From an uncultured Oscillospiraceae bacterium (GTDB lineage: Bacteria > Bacillota > Clostridia > Oscillospirales > Ruminococcaceae), in assembly GCA_964370295.1 (NCBI GenBank), contig CAYJIR010000003.1, positions 17,224 through 81,223 on the forward strand: DNA of 64,000 bases, given 5' to 3'. A program made the position numbers and the translations under genes. Shown here piece after piece: positions 10,992-22,618 of the stretch (within the stretch, counting starts at the first letter, position 1; every line of letters begins with the position of its first letter). A model generated the notes under the pieces. It worked only from the letters and a program-made list of their open reading frames with translations, was not told the origin of the DNA and did not search any database.

Positions 10992-11103
10992 GGTATATAC
11001 AAACAGTTATTTGATACACACACTTAATTTAGTATACACATTTACAGTATACACGTTTTTTTCTTTGGAAACAAGGGCACAAAAGTTATGGTATACAAAA
11101 ACA
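10992..11103. repeat. array of five RGTATACA-like motifs in the divergent dac / V-ATPase control region
   Basis: The five sites are GGTATATACAAACA (10992), TGATACACACA (11012), AGTATACAC (11031-11039), AGTATACAC (11046-11054, an exact 9-mer repeat 15 bp later) and GGTATACAAAAACA (11090). An inverted repeat CACAAA-A-TTTGTG follows at about 11102-11114. Confidence 0.6.
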
Positions 11104-11187
11104 CAAAATTTGTGTGATTTGTAAAAAAATGATTTATTTTCGACGGAATATTCTAGCAACTATCGAGCACATTTATCGGAAATTTTC

Positions 11188-11216
11188 TTGTGTTTTAAAA
11201 TTTACTATGCTATTAT
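11188..11216 (+). promoter_or_regulatory. putative sigma-A promoter of the V-ATPase operon
   Basis: TTGTGT (11188-11193), 17-nt spacer, TGc-TATTAT extended -10 (11211-11216). Confidence 0.45.
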
Positions 11217-11312
11217 AAATTTGAGAATGCTGTGTTTCTCATTTCTTTTTTCACTTGAAAAGTAGTTTCCAACCGATGATGAGTTAGCAAACAGAAATAC
11301 GAGGTGATATCT

Positions 11313-11621
11313 TTGGCATTAGATGCAATTGACGTGGTACGCAATGCAGAATTGAAAGCAGAAGAAACTGTGCGCACTGCTTCTTCTTCGGCAACACAGC
11401 TGGTGGGCAATGCCGAAAAGCAAGCGGCCGACATTGTGGGCACGGCAAAAGACAATGCACGCAAGCAAGTGGAAGATGTTGTTTCCAACTCACAGCAAGA
11501 AAATACAGACGCTTTGGAAAAGGCTTTTGTAGCGCTTGGGGCAGAAATGCAAGCCTTTCGCGATGGTGCGCTTTCGCGGCAAAGTGATGCAATTCAAGCT
11601 GTACTAAAGGCACTGGTCTAG
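11313..11621 (+). CDS. small V-type ATPase peripheral-stalk-like subunit (G/H family)
   Basis: The track ORF starts at GTG 11304, but TTG 11313 sits 8 nt after GAGG. The product is alanine- and glutamate-rich and predicted fully helical. It is the first gene of the operon, as E. hirae ntpF is. Confidence 0.55.
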   Translation: MALDAIDVVRNAELKAEETVRTASSSATQLVGNAEKQAADIVGTAKDNARKQVEDVVSNSQQENTDALEKAFVALGAEMQAFRDGALSRQSDAIQAVLKALV

Positions 11622-11677
11622 CTTTACTGCATCGTATAGATGCGGTGACAGTGCAAGAAAAGGAGGGATTGTAACAA

Positions 11678-14237
<2,560 letters not shown>

Positions 14238-14287
14238 GGCTTGAATCTTAATACAAAATTTAATAATCAAGCAAAGGAGGAGAAGCC

Positions 14288-14887
14288 GTGGCAGGTCTTG
14301 ACAAAATCATCAAGGAAATTGCAGACGAGGCAAGTGCCGAGGCAAAGTCTGTGCTAGACAATGCCAAAGCACAAGCCGACGACATTTTGGAAGCGGCCCG
14401 CAACGAAGCCGAGGCTCTACACGAGAAAAGCGATTTAGCGGCTAAACAACACCGCAATGAAATAGAGCAATCGCGCAACTCAGCTCTGGCTTTACAAAAA
14501 CGTCAACGCCTTTTAGAAACCAAACAAAGCTTGTTAAACGACACATTAGAAAAGGCGCGCGAAGAATTGTATGCCTTGCCCGCAGACCTTTACTTTACAT
14601 TGCTGTTAAAATTGGCTGTACAAGTAGTGGAAGAGGGCGAGGGTGAAATGATGCTGTGCGAAAAAGATGCACAGCGTTTGCCACCAGATTTCGAAGCAAA
14701 GCTGGCGGCCGTTTTGCCAAAGGGCAGTACCATACATATTTCCAAGGAAATACGCCCTGTAGACGGGGGTTTTGTGTTGAAGTATGGAGATGTAGAGGCC
14801 AACTGCTCGTTTGCGGCCATCTTTGACGCACGCCGTGAAGAATTTGCCGATATCATCAGCCCAATTTTGTTCGGCATTGCACAATAG
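14288..14887 (+). CDS. atpE: V-type ATP synthase subunit E
   Basis: 199 aa with a GTG start after AAAGGAGGAG. It has a long charged N-terminal helix plus a globular C-terminus, and its position in the operon fits. Confidence 0.85.
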   Translation: MAGLDKIIKEIADEASAEAKSVLDNAKAQADDILEAARNEAEALHEKSDLAAKQHRNEIEQSRNSALALQKRQRLLETKQSLLNDTLEKAREELYALPADLYFTLLLKLAVQVVEEGEGEMMLCEKDAQRLPPDFEAKLAAVLPKGSTIHISKEIRPVDGGFVLKYGDVEANCSFAAIFDARREEFADIISPILFGIAQ

Positions 14888-14923
14888 TGCAAAGAAAAAC
14901 GGTATGCGAAAGGAGGGGCAGCA

Positions 14924-15904
14924 GTGGCAGAAGAATACATTTATGCGGTCACACGAGTACATATGGCAGAGCAAAATTTGCTTAGCACACAAGACCTAGA
15001 GCAGATGATTTCCTTGCCAAAAGCCGAAGATGTGTTTCGTTTTTTAGCAGACAAAGGCTGGGGCAATGCCGAAACACCTACAAATAATGCAGAGGCCTTG
15101 CTGGCCGCCGAAACCGAAAAAACATGGGGCTTAATACAAGAATTGGCTGGCGAGATAGAGCCGTTCAATGTGTTTCGTTATGCGAACGACTATCATAATG
15201 TAAAAGCCGCCATCAAATTAAGCTATGTTTCTAACGAAGAAAAAGACCAAGAGCATTACTTTATTCCCTATGGCACAGTGGCAACCGATAAAATCAAAAA
15301 AGCTGCAAGTGAACACGATTTCTCTTCTCTACCGGAGAACTTGGCCAAAGCAGGGCAAGAGGCCTACGAAGTTTTAGTGCAAACCAGCAATGGCCAGCAA
15401 TGCGACATGGTGCTGGACCGTGCTGCACTTTGTGATATCGGTATGGCCGGTGAGGCAACCAATAGTGAACTGTTGCGCCGCTATGCTGAAATTGTGGTGG
15501 ATGCAGCCAATATTAAAGCCGCTGTTCGTTGCCAGCGCATGGGTAAAAAACGCGACTTTATTGATCGCGTCCTAGCACCTGTGGGCAGTTTAGATATCAA
15601 AACTCTTAAGGAAACCGCAGCCGATAAAGCCGAGACCATTTATGCTTATTTGGAAACTACGGCCTATGCCGGTGCTGTAGAGGCTTTAAAAACCTCCATG
15701 GCTGCATTCGAAAGCTGGTGTGAAGATGAGATGATTCGTATGATTCGTCCACAGCGCACACAGTATTTCGGCCTGGAGCCACTGGCCGCCTTTATTTTGG
15801 GGCGAGAAAATGAAATTCGCATGGCGAGGCTTATTCTCAGCACCAAAATCAACCATCTAAGCAACGATTCGCTTAGGGAAAGGCTGAGGGAAATGTATGT
15901 ATAA
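14924..15904 (+). CDS. atpC: V-type ATP synthase subunit C
   Basis: 326 aa with a GTG start after AAAGGAGGGG. Size and position (between E and F) match NtpC / subunit d. Confidence 0.85.
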   Translation: MAEEYIYAVTRVHMAEQNLLSTQDLEQMISLPKAEDVFRFLADKGWGNAETPTNNAEALLAAETEKTWGLIQELAGEIEPFNVFRYANDYHNVKAAIKLSYVSNEEKDQEHYFIPYGTVATDKIKKAASEHDFSSLPENLAKAGQEAYEVLVQTSNGQQCDMVLDRAALCDIGMAGEATNSELLRRYAEIVVDAANIKAAVRCQRMGKKRDFIDRVLAPVGSLDIKTLKETAADKAETIYAYLETTAYAGAVEALKTSMAAFESWCEDEMIRMIRPQRTQYFGLEPLAAFILGRENEIRMARLILSTKINHLSNDSLRERLREMYV

Positions 15905-16220
15905 GATTGCAGTTCTGGGCGACAGAGACAGCATCTACGGCTTTGCCTCAGTGGGTCTGGACATTTATCCTGTATCAGATGACGGTAAAGCCTCCAAATT
16001 GTTAAAACAGCTCGTGGAAAACGGTTATGCCGTTGTGTATATTACAGAGCAATTGTATGAACAACTGGAAAAAGAACGTGCCCTCTATGCCGAAACACCT
16101 TTGCCGGCGCTCATCCCCATACCGGGCGTGTACGGGAATACGGGAATTGGCATTTCTCAGGTTAAACAGTCGGTGGAACGTGCCGTTGGTTCCGACATTA
16201 TCTTTGGCAACAATGGCTAA
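15897..16220 (+). CDS. atpF: V-type ATP synthase subunit F
   Basis: 107 aa. MYKIAVLGDRDSIYGFASVGLDIYPV is typical of subunit F. It overlaps the end of subunit C by 8 nt. Confidence 0.85.
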   Translation: MYKIAVLGDRDSIYGFASVGLDIYPVSDDGKASKLLKQLVENGYAVVYITEQLYEQLEKERALYAETPLPALIPIPGVYGNTGIGISQVKQSVERAVGSDIIFGNNG

Positions 16221-16352
16221 AAGCCCACAACGAAACATTTAAAGTAGGGTTAATATCTACATACACCTTTATTGGTTGCAGTGGTATTGCCCAAGAAATT
16301 GAAACCCAAGGCCTCAAAAAGGCGGCGGTTTGGGAAGGACGGATTGGAGAAT

Positions 16353-18131
16353 ATGAGCAGCAAAGGCACGATTCAAAAAGTGGCCGGCCCGCTTGTAATT
16401 GCCGAAGGGATGCGCGACGCAAACATGTTTGATGTGGTGCGTGTGTCCAACAGTCGCCTTATTGGCGAAATTATTGAAATGCATGGCGACAAGGCTAGTG
16501 TACAGGTATACGAGGAGACATCTGGCCTTGGGCCCGGTGCTCCTGTGGAAAGCACCGGGATGCCCATGAGTGTGGAGCTTGGCCCCGGCCTGATTGAAAA
16601 CATCTACGACGGTATCCAGCGCCCACTGGAGGTTATAAAAAAACAAAGTGGCCTGCGTTTAGAACGTGGTGTGGAGGTGCCCAGCCTCGACCGAGAAAAG
16701 AAATGGGAGTTTACTCCCATCGCCAAAGAGGGCGATGAAGTTAGCGGAGGCGATGTGCTGGGCACTGTACAAGAAACTGAAGTGGTTTTGCACAAAGTGA
16801 TGGTTCCCCCCAATGTGAAAGGCCGACTAAAAGAACTAAAATCGGGTTCTTTTACCGTGGAAGAGCCCATTGGCCTTATCGAAACAGATAAAGGCGAGGT
16901 ACCTGTGGCACTAATGCAGCGCTGGCCGGTACGAAAAGGACGCCCTTATGCACAAAAGCTGAACCCTGATGTGCCTCTTGTAACGGGGCAGCGTGTTGTT
17001 GATACTATGTTTCCTTTGGCCAAAGGCGGTACTTCTGCCGTACCCGGCCCGTTTGGCAGCGGCAAAACCGTTATACAGCATCAGCTTGCAAAATGGGCTG
17101 ATGCCGACATTGTTGTTTATATTGGCTGTGGCGAGCGTGGCAACGAAATGACCGACGTGCTTCGCGAGTTCCCCGAACTAAACGACCCGAAAACCGGCCA
17201 AGTGCTCATGAAACGTACTGTGTTGATTGCCAACACCTCCGACATGCCGGTGGCTGCACGTGAAGCCAGCGTATACACAGGCATCACCATTGCAGAATAT
17301 TTCCGTGACATGGGTTACTCTGTAGCCTTGATGGCCGACTCTACCTCTCGTTGGGCCGAGGCTATGCGCGAGATGAGCGGGCGCTTAGAAGAGATGCCCG
17401 GTGAAGAAGGTTACCCTGCTTACCTTTCCAGCCGTCTTGCCCAATTCTACGAGCGAGCCGGTCGTGTTATCACCTTAGGTAAGGAGGCTCGCGAGGGTGC
17501 GCTTTCTGTTATCGGTGCCGTGTCGCCTTCCGGCGGTGATATTTCAGAACCGGTCACCCAAGCGACCTTGCGCATTGTAAAAGTATTCTGGAGCCTTGAC
17601 TCCCAACTGGCCTATGCCCGTCACTTCCCGGCCATCAACTGGCTCACGAGTTACTCGCTTTATCAAGACGATGTAGGCACTTGGTTTGATGCCAACGTAA
17701 AACGCGATTGGATGGAAAAACGTGGCCGTATGATGTATCTTCTTCAGGAAGAAAGTGAATTGGAAGAAATTGTGCAATTGGTGGGCATGGATGCACTTTC
17801 CGCACCAGACCGCTTGAAACTAGAAGCCGCACGCAGTATCCGCGAAGATTTCCTCCATCAAAACTCCTTCCACGAAGTTGATACTTATACCCCGCTGGAA
17901 AAACAGTATACTATGATGAGTTTGGTGCTTGCCTATTATGATGCCGCGCAAAAAGCATTGGACAAAGGTATTGGCATCAACGACTTAGTAAAACTACCCA
18001 TTCGTGAAGCCATTGGCCGTATTAAGTATGTAGAGAACGAAAAAGTGCCGGCCGAGGCAGAACGAATTATGGATGAACTTGCTTTGCAAATTGACGAATT
18101 GGCGAAGAAACTGGAAGAGGAGGGTGCCTGA
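16353..18131 (+). CDS. atpA: V-type ATP synthase catalytic subunit A
   Basis: The likely start is ATG 16353 ([15 protein letters not shown]), and the track ORF extends upstream to 16272. It has Walker A GPFGSGKT and a non-homologous insert region typical of A subunits. Confidence 0.95.
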   Translation: MSSKGTIQKVAGPLVIAEGMRDANMFDVVRVSNSRLIGEIIEMHGDKASVQVYEETSGLGPGAPVESTGMPMSVELGPGLIENIYDGIQRPLEVIKKQSGLRLERGVEVPSLDREKKWEFTPIAKEGDEVSGGDVLGTVQETEVVLHKVMVPPNVKGRLKELKSGSFTVEEPIGLIETDKGEVPVALMQRWPVRKGRPYAQKLNPDVPLVTGQRVVDTMFPLAKGGTSAVPGPFGSGKTVIQHQLAKWADADIVVYIGCGERGNEMTDVLREFPELNDPKTGQVLMKRTVLIANTSDMPVAAREASVYTGITIAEYFRDMGYSVALMADSTSRWAEAMREMSGRLEEMPGEEGYPAYLSSRLAQFYERAGRVITLGKEAREGALSVIGAVSPSGGDISEPVTQATLRIVKVFWSLDSQLAYARHFPAINWLTSYSLYQDDVGTWFDANVKRDWMEKRGRMMYLLQEESELEEIVQLVGMDALSAPDRLKLEAARSIREDFLHQNSFHEVDTYTPLEKQYTMMSLVLAYYDAAQKALDKGIGINDLVKLPIREAIGRIKYVENEKVPAEAERIMDELALQIDELAKKLEEEGA

Positions 18132-19504
18132 TGCCAAAAGAGTATCGTACGATACAGGAGGTGGCAGGCCCGCTGATGCTTGTGCGGGGTGTCACCGATG
18201 TCAGCTTTGATGAGCTGGGAGAAATTGAATTAGAAAGCGGAGAGCGTCGCCGTTGTAAAGTGCTCGAAGTGAACGGCACCAATGCACTTGTACAGTTGTT
18301 TGAAGCCTCTACCGGTATCAACTTAGAAAACAGCAAAGTACGTTTTTTGGGACGTAGCATGGAATTGGGTGTCTCTGAAGATATGCTCTCGCGCGTGTTT
18401 GATGGCCTGGGTCGTCCCATAGACGGAGGGCCGGAAATTCTGCCGGAATTCCGTCGCGACATCAACGGTTTGCCCATGAACCCCTCAGCGCGCACCTACC
18501 CGGAAGAGTTTATTCAAACCGGCGTTTCGGCCATTGATGGCCTGAACACCTTGGTTCGTGGCCAGAAATTACCCATCTTCTCGGGCAGTGGCTTGCCTCA
18601 TGCACAACTTGCTGCGCAAATTGCACGTCAAGCAAAAGTGCGCGGCACAAATGACCCCTTTGCGGTTGTATTTGTTGCCATGGGTATTACCTTTGAGGAG
18701 TCGAACTATTTCATCAACTCATTCAAAGAATCCGGTGCTATCGACCGTGCGGTTATGTTCATCAACTTAGCAAATGACCCTGCCGTAGAACGTATTGCCA
18801 CACCGCGCATGGGCCTAACCGCTGCCGAATATTTAGCCTTTGAAAAAGGGATGCATGTTTTGGTTATCATGACGGATATCACAAACTATGCAGATGCCTT
18901 ACGCGAAGTTTCTGCGGCGCGTAAGGAAGTTCCCGGCCGTCGTGGCTACCCTGGTTATTTATATACCGACCTTGCCACACTGTACGAACGAGCCGGCCGT
19001 TTAGAAGATCGTGATGGTTCCATAACCATGATTCCGATTCTGTCTATGCCCGAAGACGACAAGACGCATCCCATCCCTGACCTTACCGGCTATATCACAG
19101 AGGGGCAGATTATACTTGCACGTGATTTATATCGCAAGGGCTTACAGCCCCCCATCGATGTACTGCCCAGTCTTTCGCGCCTTAAAGACAAGGGAATTGG
19201 CGAGGGAAAAACCCGTGCAGACCATTCTAACACGATGAACCAGTTGTTTGCGTGCTATTCTCGCGGAAAAAATGCCAAAGAACTCATGACGGTTTTGGGC
19301 GAGGCGGCACTGACAGAAGTAGATTTGCTGTATGCCAAGTTTGCTGACGAATTTGAAGCACAATACGTAAGCCAAGGGTACCTTACCAACCGCGACATTG
19401 AAAGCACTTTGGCCATTGGTTGGGAATTGCTTCGTATACTGCCGCGCAGCGAGCTAAAGCGTGTTGACGACAAATATCTTGACCTTTATTATGACGCAAC
19501 CTAA
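18131..19504 (+). CDS. atpB: V-type ATP synthase subunit B
   Basis: 457 aa. Its ATG overlaps the TGA of atpA. The sequence ([27 protein letters not shown]) is typical of B subunits. Confidence 0.95.
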   Translation: MPKEYRTIQEVAGPLMLVRGVTDVSFDELGEIELESGERRRCKVLEVNGTNALVQLFEASTGINLENSKVRFLGRSMELGVSEDMLSRVFDGLGRPIDGGPEILPEFRRDINGLPMNPSARTYPEEFIQTGVSAIDGLNTLVRGQKLPIFSGSGLPHAQLAAQIARQAKVRGTNDPFAVVFVAMGITFEESNYFINSFKESGAIDRAVMFINLANDPAVERIATPRMGLTAAEYLAFEKGMHVLVIMTDITNYADALREVSAARKEVPGRRGYPGYLYTDLATLYERAGRLEDRDGSITMIPILSMPEDDKTHPIPDLTGYITEGQIILARDLYRKGLQPPIDVLPSLSRLKDKGIGEGKTRADHSNTMNQLFACYSRGKNAKELMTVLGEAALTEVDLLYAKFADEFEAQYVSQGYLTNRDIESTLAIGWELLRILPRSELKRVDDKYLDLYYDAT

Positions 19505-19573
19505 AATAATAACGGCAAAAACCTCGGGTTCGATTGTAGGGGAATTTGCCCGTGAATGGAGGAGGGAGAGCCT

Positions 19574-20260
19574 TTGGCAAAAAAACAGGTGAACCCCACC
19601 CGCATGGAGCTCACCCGCCAAAAACGCAAATTGGTTACGGCAAAACGTGGCCATAAGCTGTTGAAGGATAAACGGGACGAGCTAATGCGCCAGTTTTTAG
19701 AACTGGTACGTGTGAATAAAACTTTGCGTGAAAAAGTGGAGGACGGCCTTGGAGCTGCCGCACAAAATTTTGCGCTTGCACGTGCCATGATGCAAGACCC
19801 GGTGCTAGACACGGCCCTTTTGGCACCAAGCCAAGAGGTTACCTTGGAAGTGGAACAACAAAATATCATGAGTGTGTTGGTGCCAAAAATTAGCTACCAA
19901 ACACGCAGCCCAGATGAAAGCAACATTTATTCCTATGGTTTAAGTTTTACCTCTAGCGATTTGGATAGTGCTGTGAAAAGTTTGGATGATGTTTTGCCGG
20001 ATTTGTTGCGTTTGGCCGAGGTGGAGAAAAGTTGTCAACTGATGGCAGCCGAAATTGAAAAGACGCGTCGACGTGTTAATGCCCTAGAGTATGTGATGAT
20101 TCCCAATTTGCAGGAAACCATCAAATTTATCACCATGAAATTAGACGAGAATGAACGTTCCAACCAAATTCGTCTAATGAAAGTAAAAGATATGATGTTG
20201 CAACAAGCGCATCAATTTGAAGAAAAGGCCGCTGCACGTTATGCTGCAGAGGAAGCCTAA
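19574..20260 (+). CDS. atpD: V-type ATP synthase subunit D
   Basis: TTG 19574 directly follows GGAGGAGGGAG and gives MAKKQVNPTRMELTRQKRKL, the canonical subunit D N-terminus. The track ORF starts at 19556. Confidence 0.9.
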   Translation: MAKKQVNPTRMELTRQKRKLVTAKRGHKLLKDKRDELMRQFLELVRVNKTLREKVEDGLGAAAQNFALARAMMQDPVLDTALLAPSQEVTLEVEQQNIMSVLVPKISYQTRSPDESNIYSYGLSFTSSDLDSAVKSLDDVLPDLLRLAEVEKSCQLMAAEIEKTRRRVNALEYVMIPNLQETIKFITMKLDENERSNQIRLMKVKDMMLQQAHQFEEKAAARYAAEEA

Positions 20261-20289
20261 ATCTTTAAAGAACAATCCCGCGACTAAAA

Positions 20290-20338
20290 AGCAAGAACTT
20301 GCGCTGTATCACACAATGCAAGTTCTTGCTTTCTTTTT
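20290..20338 (+). terminator. rho-independent terminator of the V-ATPase operon
   Basis: 13-bp stem AGCAAGAACTTGC / GCAAGTTCTTGCT followed by TTCTTTTT. Confidence 0.8.
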
Positions 20339-20344
20339 AGATAA

Positions 20345-20600
20345 ATGCCCACTGAACAAACAAAAAATAACATATACATATTATAAAATGTCATTTTTTG
20401 TTTGGGAAAGTGCAAGGTTTTTCCCGTTTTTACACAAAACCCTTGCACTTTTGTTTTCGCCTTTTCATTGAAGGGGCGAAAACACAGTGGAGTGCATCAA
20501 GATATGCCCCATAAAAGTGCTGTTTTTGGCACTTTTATGGCCACCGCGATAGGCGGTGGGACAGAATAATCTCTTCATAGATTTATTCAGCCGGCATTAG
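20345..20600 (+). repeat. composite multi-hairpin intergenic element, copy 1 (long form)
   Basis: The 5' module (20347-20389) is near-identical to 61527-61568. The three-hairpin 3' module (20504-20600) matches 61572-61670. About 113 nt carrying two extra hairpins (20391-20503) lie between the modules. Confidence 0.75.
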
Positions 20601-20603
20601 ATT

Positions 20604-20645
20604 AAAAACACCGAGATAGGCAAAATTGCCTACTCGGTGTTTTTG
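20604..20645 (-). terminator. bidirectional rho-independent terminator (end of the GGGtGRT operon)
   Basis: AAAAACACCGAG-TAGGC / GCCTACTCGGTGTTTTT hairpin flanked by an A-tract and a T-tract, 19 nt from the stop codon at 20664. Confidence 0.8.
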
Positions 20646-20663
20646 CAATAGCACTTTAAATTT

Positions 20664-21656
20664 TTACAGCTGACTTGCCGCCACAGCACATGCCACGGTA
20701 GCCCCCACCATGGGGTTGTTGCCCATGCCGATAAGTCCCATCATCTCTACGTGTGCGGGCACCGAAGAGGAGCCAGCAAACTGGGCGTCACCATGCATAC
20801 GACCCATACTATCCGTAAGTCCATAGCTGGCAGGGCCGGCGCCCATATTGTCCGGGTGCAAGGTACGGCCAGTGCCGCCACCAGAAGCCACCGAAAAATA
20901 TTTTTCATTGTTTTCCAATGCCCACTTTTTGTAAGTGCCTGCCACAAGATGCTGAAAACGAGTGGGATTTGTAGAGTTACCTGTGATACTCACTTGCACA
21001 CTCTCATGCTTCATAATCGCAACGCCTTCCAAAACGTCATCCGCTCCGTAACAATGCACAGCGGCACGCTCACCCTCAGAAAACGAGGTTTTACCTGTCA
21101 CTTTTAGCTCACCATTTTCGAAGTCATACTCGGTTTCCAAATAAGTAAAACCATTAATACGGCTAATAATATAGGCTGCATCTTTGCCAAGGCCATTCAA
21201 AATAACACGCAAAGGGCGTGTTCTGGCTTTGTTTGCCGTTTTGGCAATACCAATGGCCCCTTCTGCGGCAGCAAAACTTTCATGGCCTGCCAAAAAGGCA
21301 AAGCACTCTGTTTCATCGCGTAAAAGCATCGCGCCCAAATTGCCGTGCCCCAAGCCCACTTTTCTTTGCTCGGCCACACTACCGGGTATGGTAAAAGCCT
21401 CTAGGCCCTCGCCGATGGCAGCCGCGCAGGCTGCAGCATCCTTTAAACCACGTTTCACAGCAATGGCGGTTCCGAGCACATAGGCCCATACCGCATTATC
21501 AAAACAAATGTTTTGTACACCACGCACAATAGCATCCACATCAATGCCCTTTGCGCTCAACATCTCTTGACACTCGTCTAGGGAGCCAAGCCCATTTTCT
21601 TTTAAACATGCCTCAATTTTAGACATACGTCGATCCTGATTTTCAAAACTGGCCAT
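20664..21656 (-). CDS. GGGtGRT family protein (function unknown)
   Basis: 330-aa ORF containing the eponymous SGGGTGRT motif and a glycine-rich C-terminus. It is recognised as the uncharacterised GGGtGRT Pfam family. Confidence 0.8.
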   Translation of the reverse strand: MASFENQDRRMSKIEACLKENGLGSLDECQEMLSAKGIDVDAIVRGVQNICFDNAVWAYVLGTAIAVKRGLKDAAACAAAIGEGLEAFTIPGSVAEQRKVGLGHGNLGAMLLRDETECFAFLAGHESFAAAEGAIGIAKTANKARTRPLRVILNGLGKDAAYIISRINGFTYLETEYDFENGELKVTGKTSFSEGERAAVHCYGADDVLEGVAIMKHESVQVSITGNSTNPTRFQHLVAGTYKKWALENNEKYFSVASGGGTGRTLHPDNMGAGPASYGLTDSMGRMHGDAQFAGSSSVPAHVEMMGLIGMGNNPMVGATVACAVAASQL

Positions 21657-21673
21657 CGTGTGCGCCCCCTTTC

Positions 21674-22375
21674 CTATTCTTCACGCGGGTCAATGTATTT
21701 CACCGCGCCGTCTTCTGCTTTAAAACGTCCGTAATTTTTAAGATTTGTCTCGTAAGCCTCTTTGGGATCAGTTCCTTTGCGAATCGCATCCAACATTTTA
21801 CCAAGGTGCACAAACTCATAGCCAATCACTTCGCTGTTTTTATCCAGTGCCATGCGTGTGATATAACCTTCTGTAAGTTCTAAATAACGAACACCTTTTG
21901 ACTTGGTCGAGAAAATGGTGCCCGTCATGCTGCGCTGGCCCTTTCCAAGGTCTTCTTGGGCGGCGCCCACCGGTAAGCCCCCTTCCGAGAAAGCTGTTTG
22001 GGTGCGTCCGTAGGCAATCTGCAGAAATAACTCGCGCATAGCCACATTGATAGCATCACACACTAAGTCTGTATTCAGGGCTTCCAAAATAGTTTTCCCC
22101 GGCAAAATTTCGCCGGCCATGGCCGCCGAGTGCGTCATGCCGCTGCATCCAATGGTTTCCACAAGGGCTTCTTCAATCACACCCTCTTTTACATTTAAAG
22201 TCAGCTTACATGCACCTTGCTGTGGTGCGCACCAACCCACACCATGAGTTAAACCACTAATATCTTTTACATCGTAGGCTCTCACCCATCTGCCTTCTTC
22301 CGGAATGGGTGCTGGGCCGTGATGTGGCCCTTTTGCAATGGGACACATCCGTTCCACTTCATGGGTATACGTCAT
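21674..22375 (-). CDS. NifU/IscU-like Fe-S scaffold-like protein with C-terminal extension
   Basis: 233 aa. The Cys-containing motifs GWCAPQQGAC, GCSGMTHS and LVCDA resemble an IscU-type N-domain. It lies 17 nt upstream of the GGGtGRT gene on the same strand. Confidence 0.7.
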   Translation of the reverse strand: MTYTHEVERMCPIAKGPHHGPAPIPEEGRWVRAYDVKDISGLTHGVGWCAPQQGACKLTLNVKEGVIEEALVETIGCSGMTHSAAMAGEILPGKTILEALNTDLVCDAINVAMRELFLQIAYGRTQTAFSEGGLPVGAAQEDLGKGQRSMTGTIFSTKSKGVRYLELTEGYITRMALDKNSEVIGYEFVHLGKMLDAIRKGTDPKEAYETNLKNYGRFKAEDGAVKYIDPREE

Positions 22376-22488
22376 ACTAGAATGCTCCTTTAATCGAATT
22401 TATGCACTGTAAAACAAAGTGTATTTATGAAACCTATATTATCTAAAGTATTTTATACGCTTTACTTTACAAACAGCATATTGTATTC

Positions 22489-22517
22489 ATTATAAAGCGT
22501 TCTTGCATTTTTTTCAA
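22489..22517 (-). promoter_or_regulatory. putative strong sigma-A promoter of the NifU-like/GGGtGRT operon
   Basis: On the minus strand: TTGAAA (22517-22512), 17-nt spacer, perfect TATAAT (22494-22489). Confidence 0.55.
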
Positions 22518-22618
22518 GCAAACAAACGATTCTCTTCCCCAAAGAGCGCAATTGTCTTTTTCTTTTGCACACAGCTACCTTATTTTATATAAAACGACTA
22601 TGCGGCTGTAAGGTTATT

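Noticed and set aside
11223-11255. Short hairpin GAGAA/UUCUC plus U-tract just after the V-ATPase promoter as an attenuator
   Set aside because: The stem is only 5 bp and AT-rich, so it is indistinguishable from chance in this region.
16272-16352. N-terminal extensions of several track ORFs
   Set aside because: The track extends the ORFs for atpA, atpD, dut, pheS, pheT, glgP, maf, dfx, spo0A, thiT and others upstream of the starts called here. In each case an internal ATG, TTG or GTG is preceded by a well-spaced Shine-Dalgarno sequence and gives the canonical family N-terminus. The upstream extension overlaps the neighbouring gene or regulatory RNA.
20217-20471. 84-aa ORF running from the end of atpD through the terminator and into the repeat element
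   Set aside because: It crosses a strong terminator hairpin and the non-coding repeat, starts inside atpD and has no RBS. The region is better explained by the terminator and the hairpin element.
20345-20600. Possibility that the repeated hairpins form a CRISPR array
   Set aside because: Only two or three dispersed copies exist, tens of kb apart. There is no regular repeat-spacer periodicity and there are no cas genes in the window.
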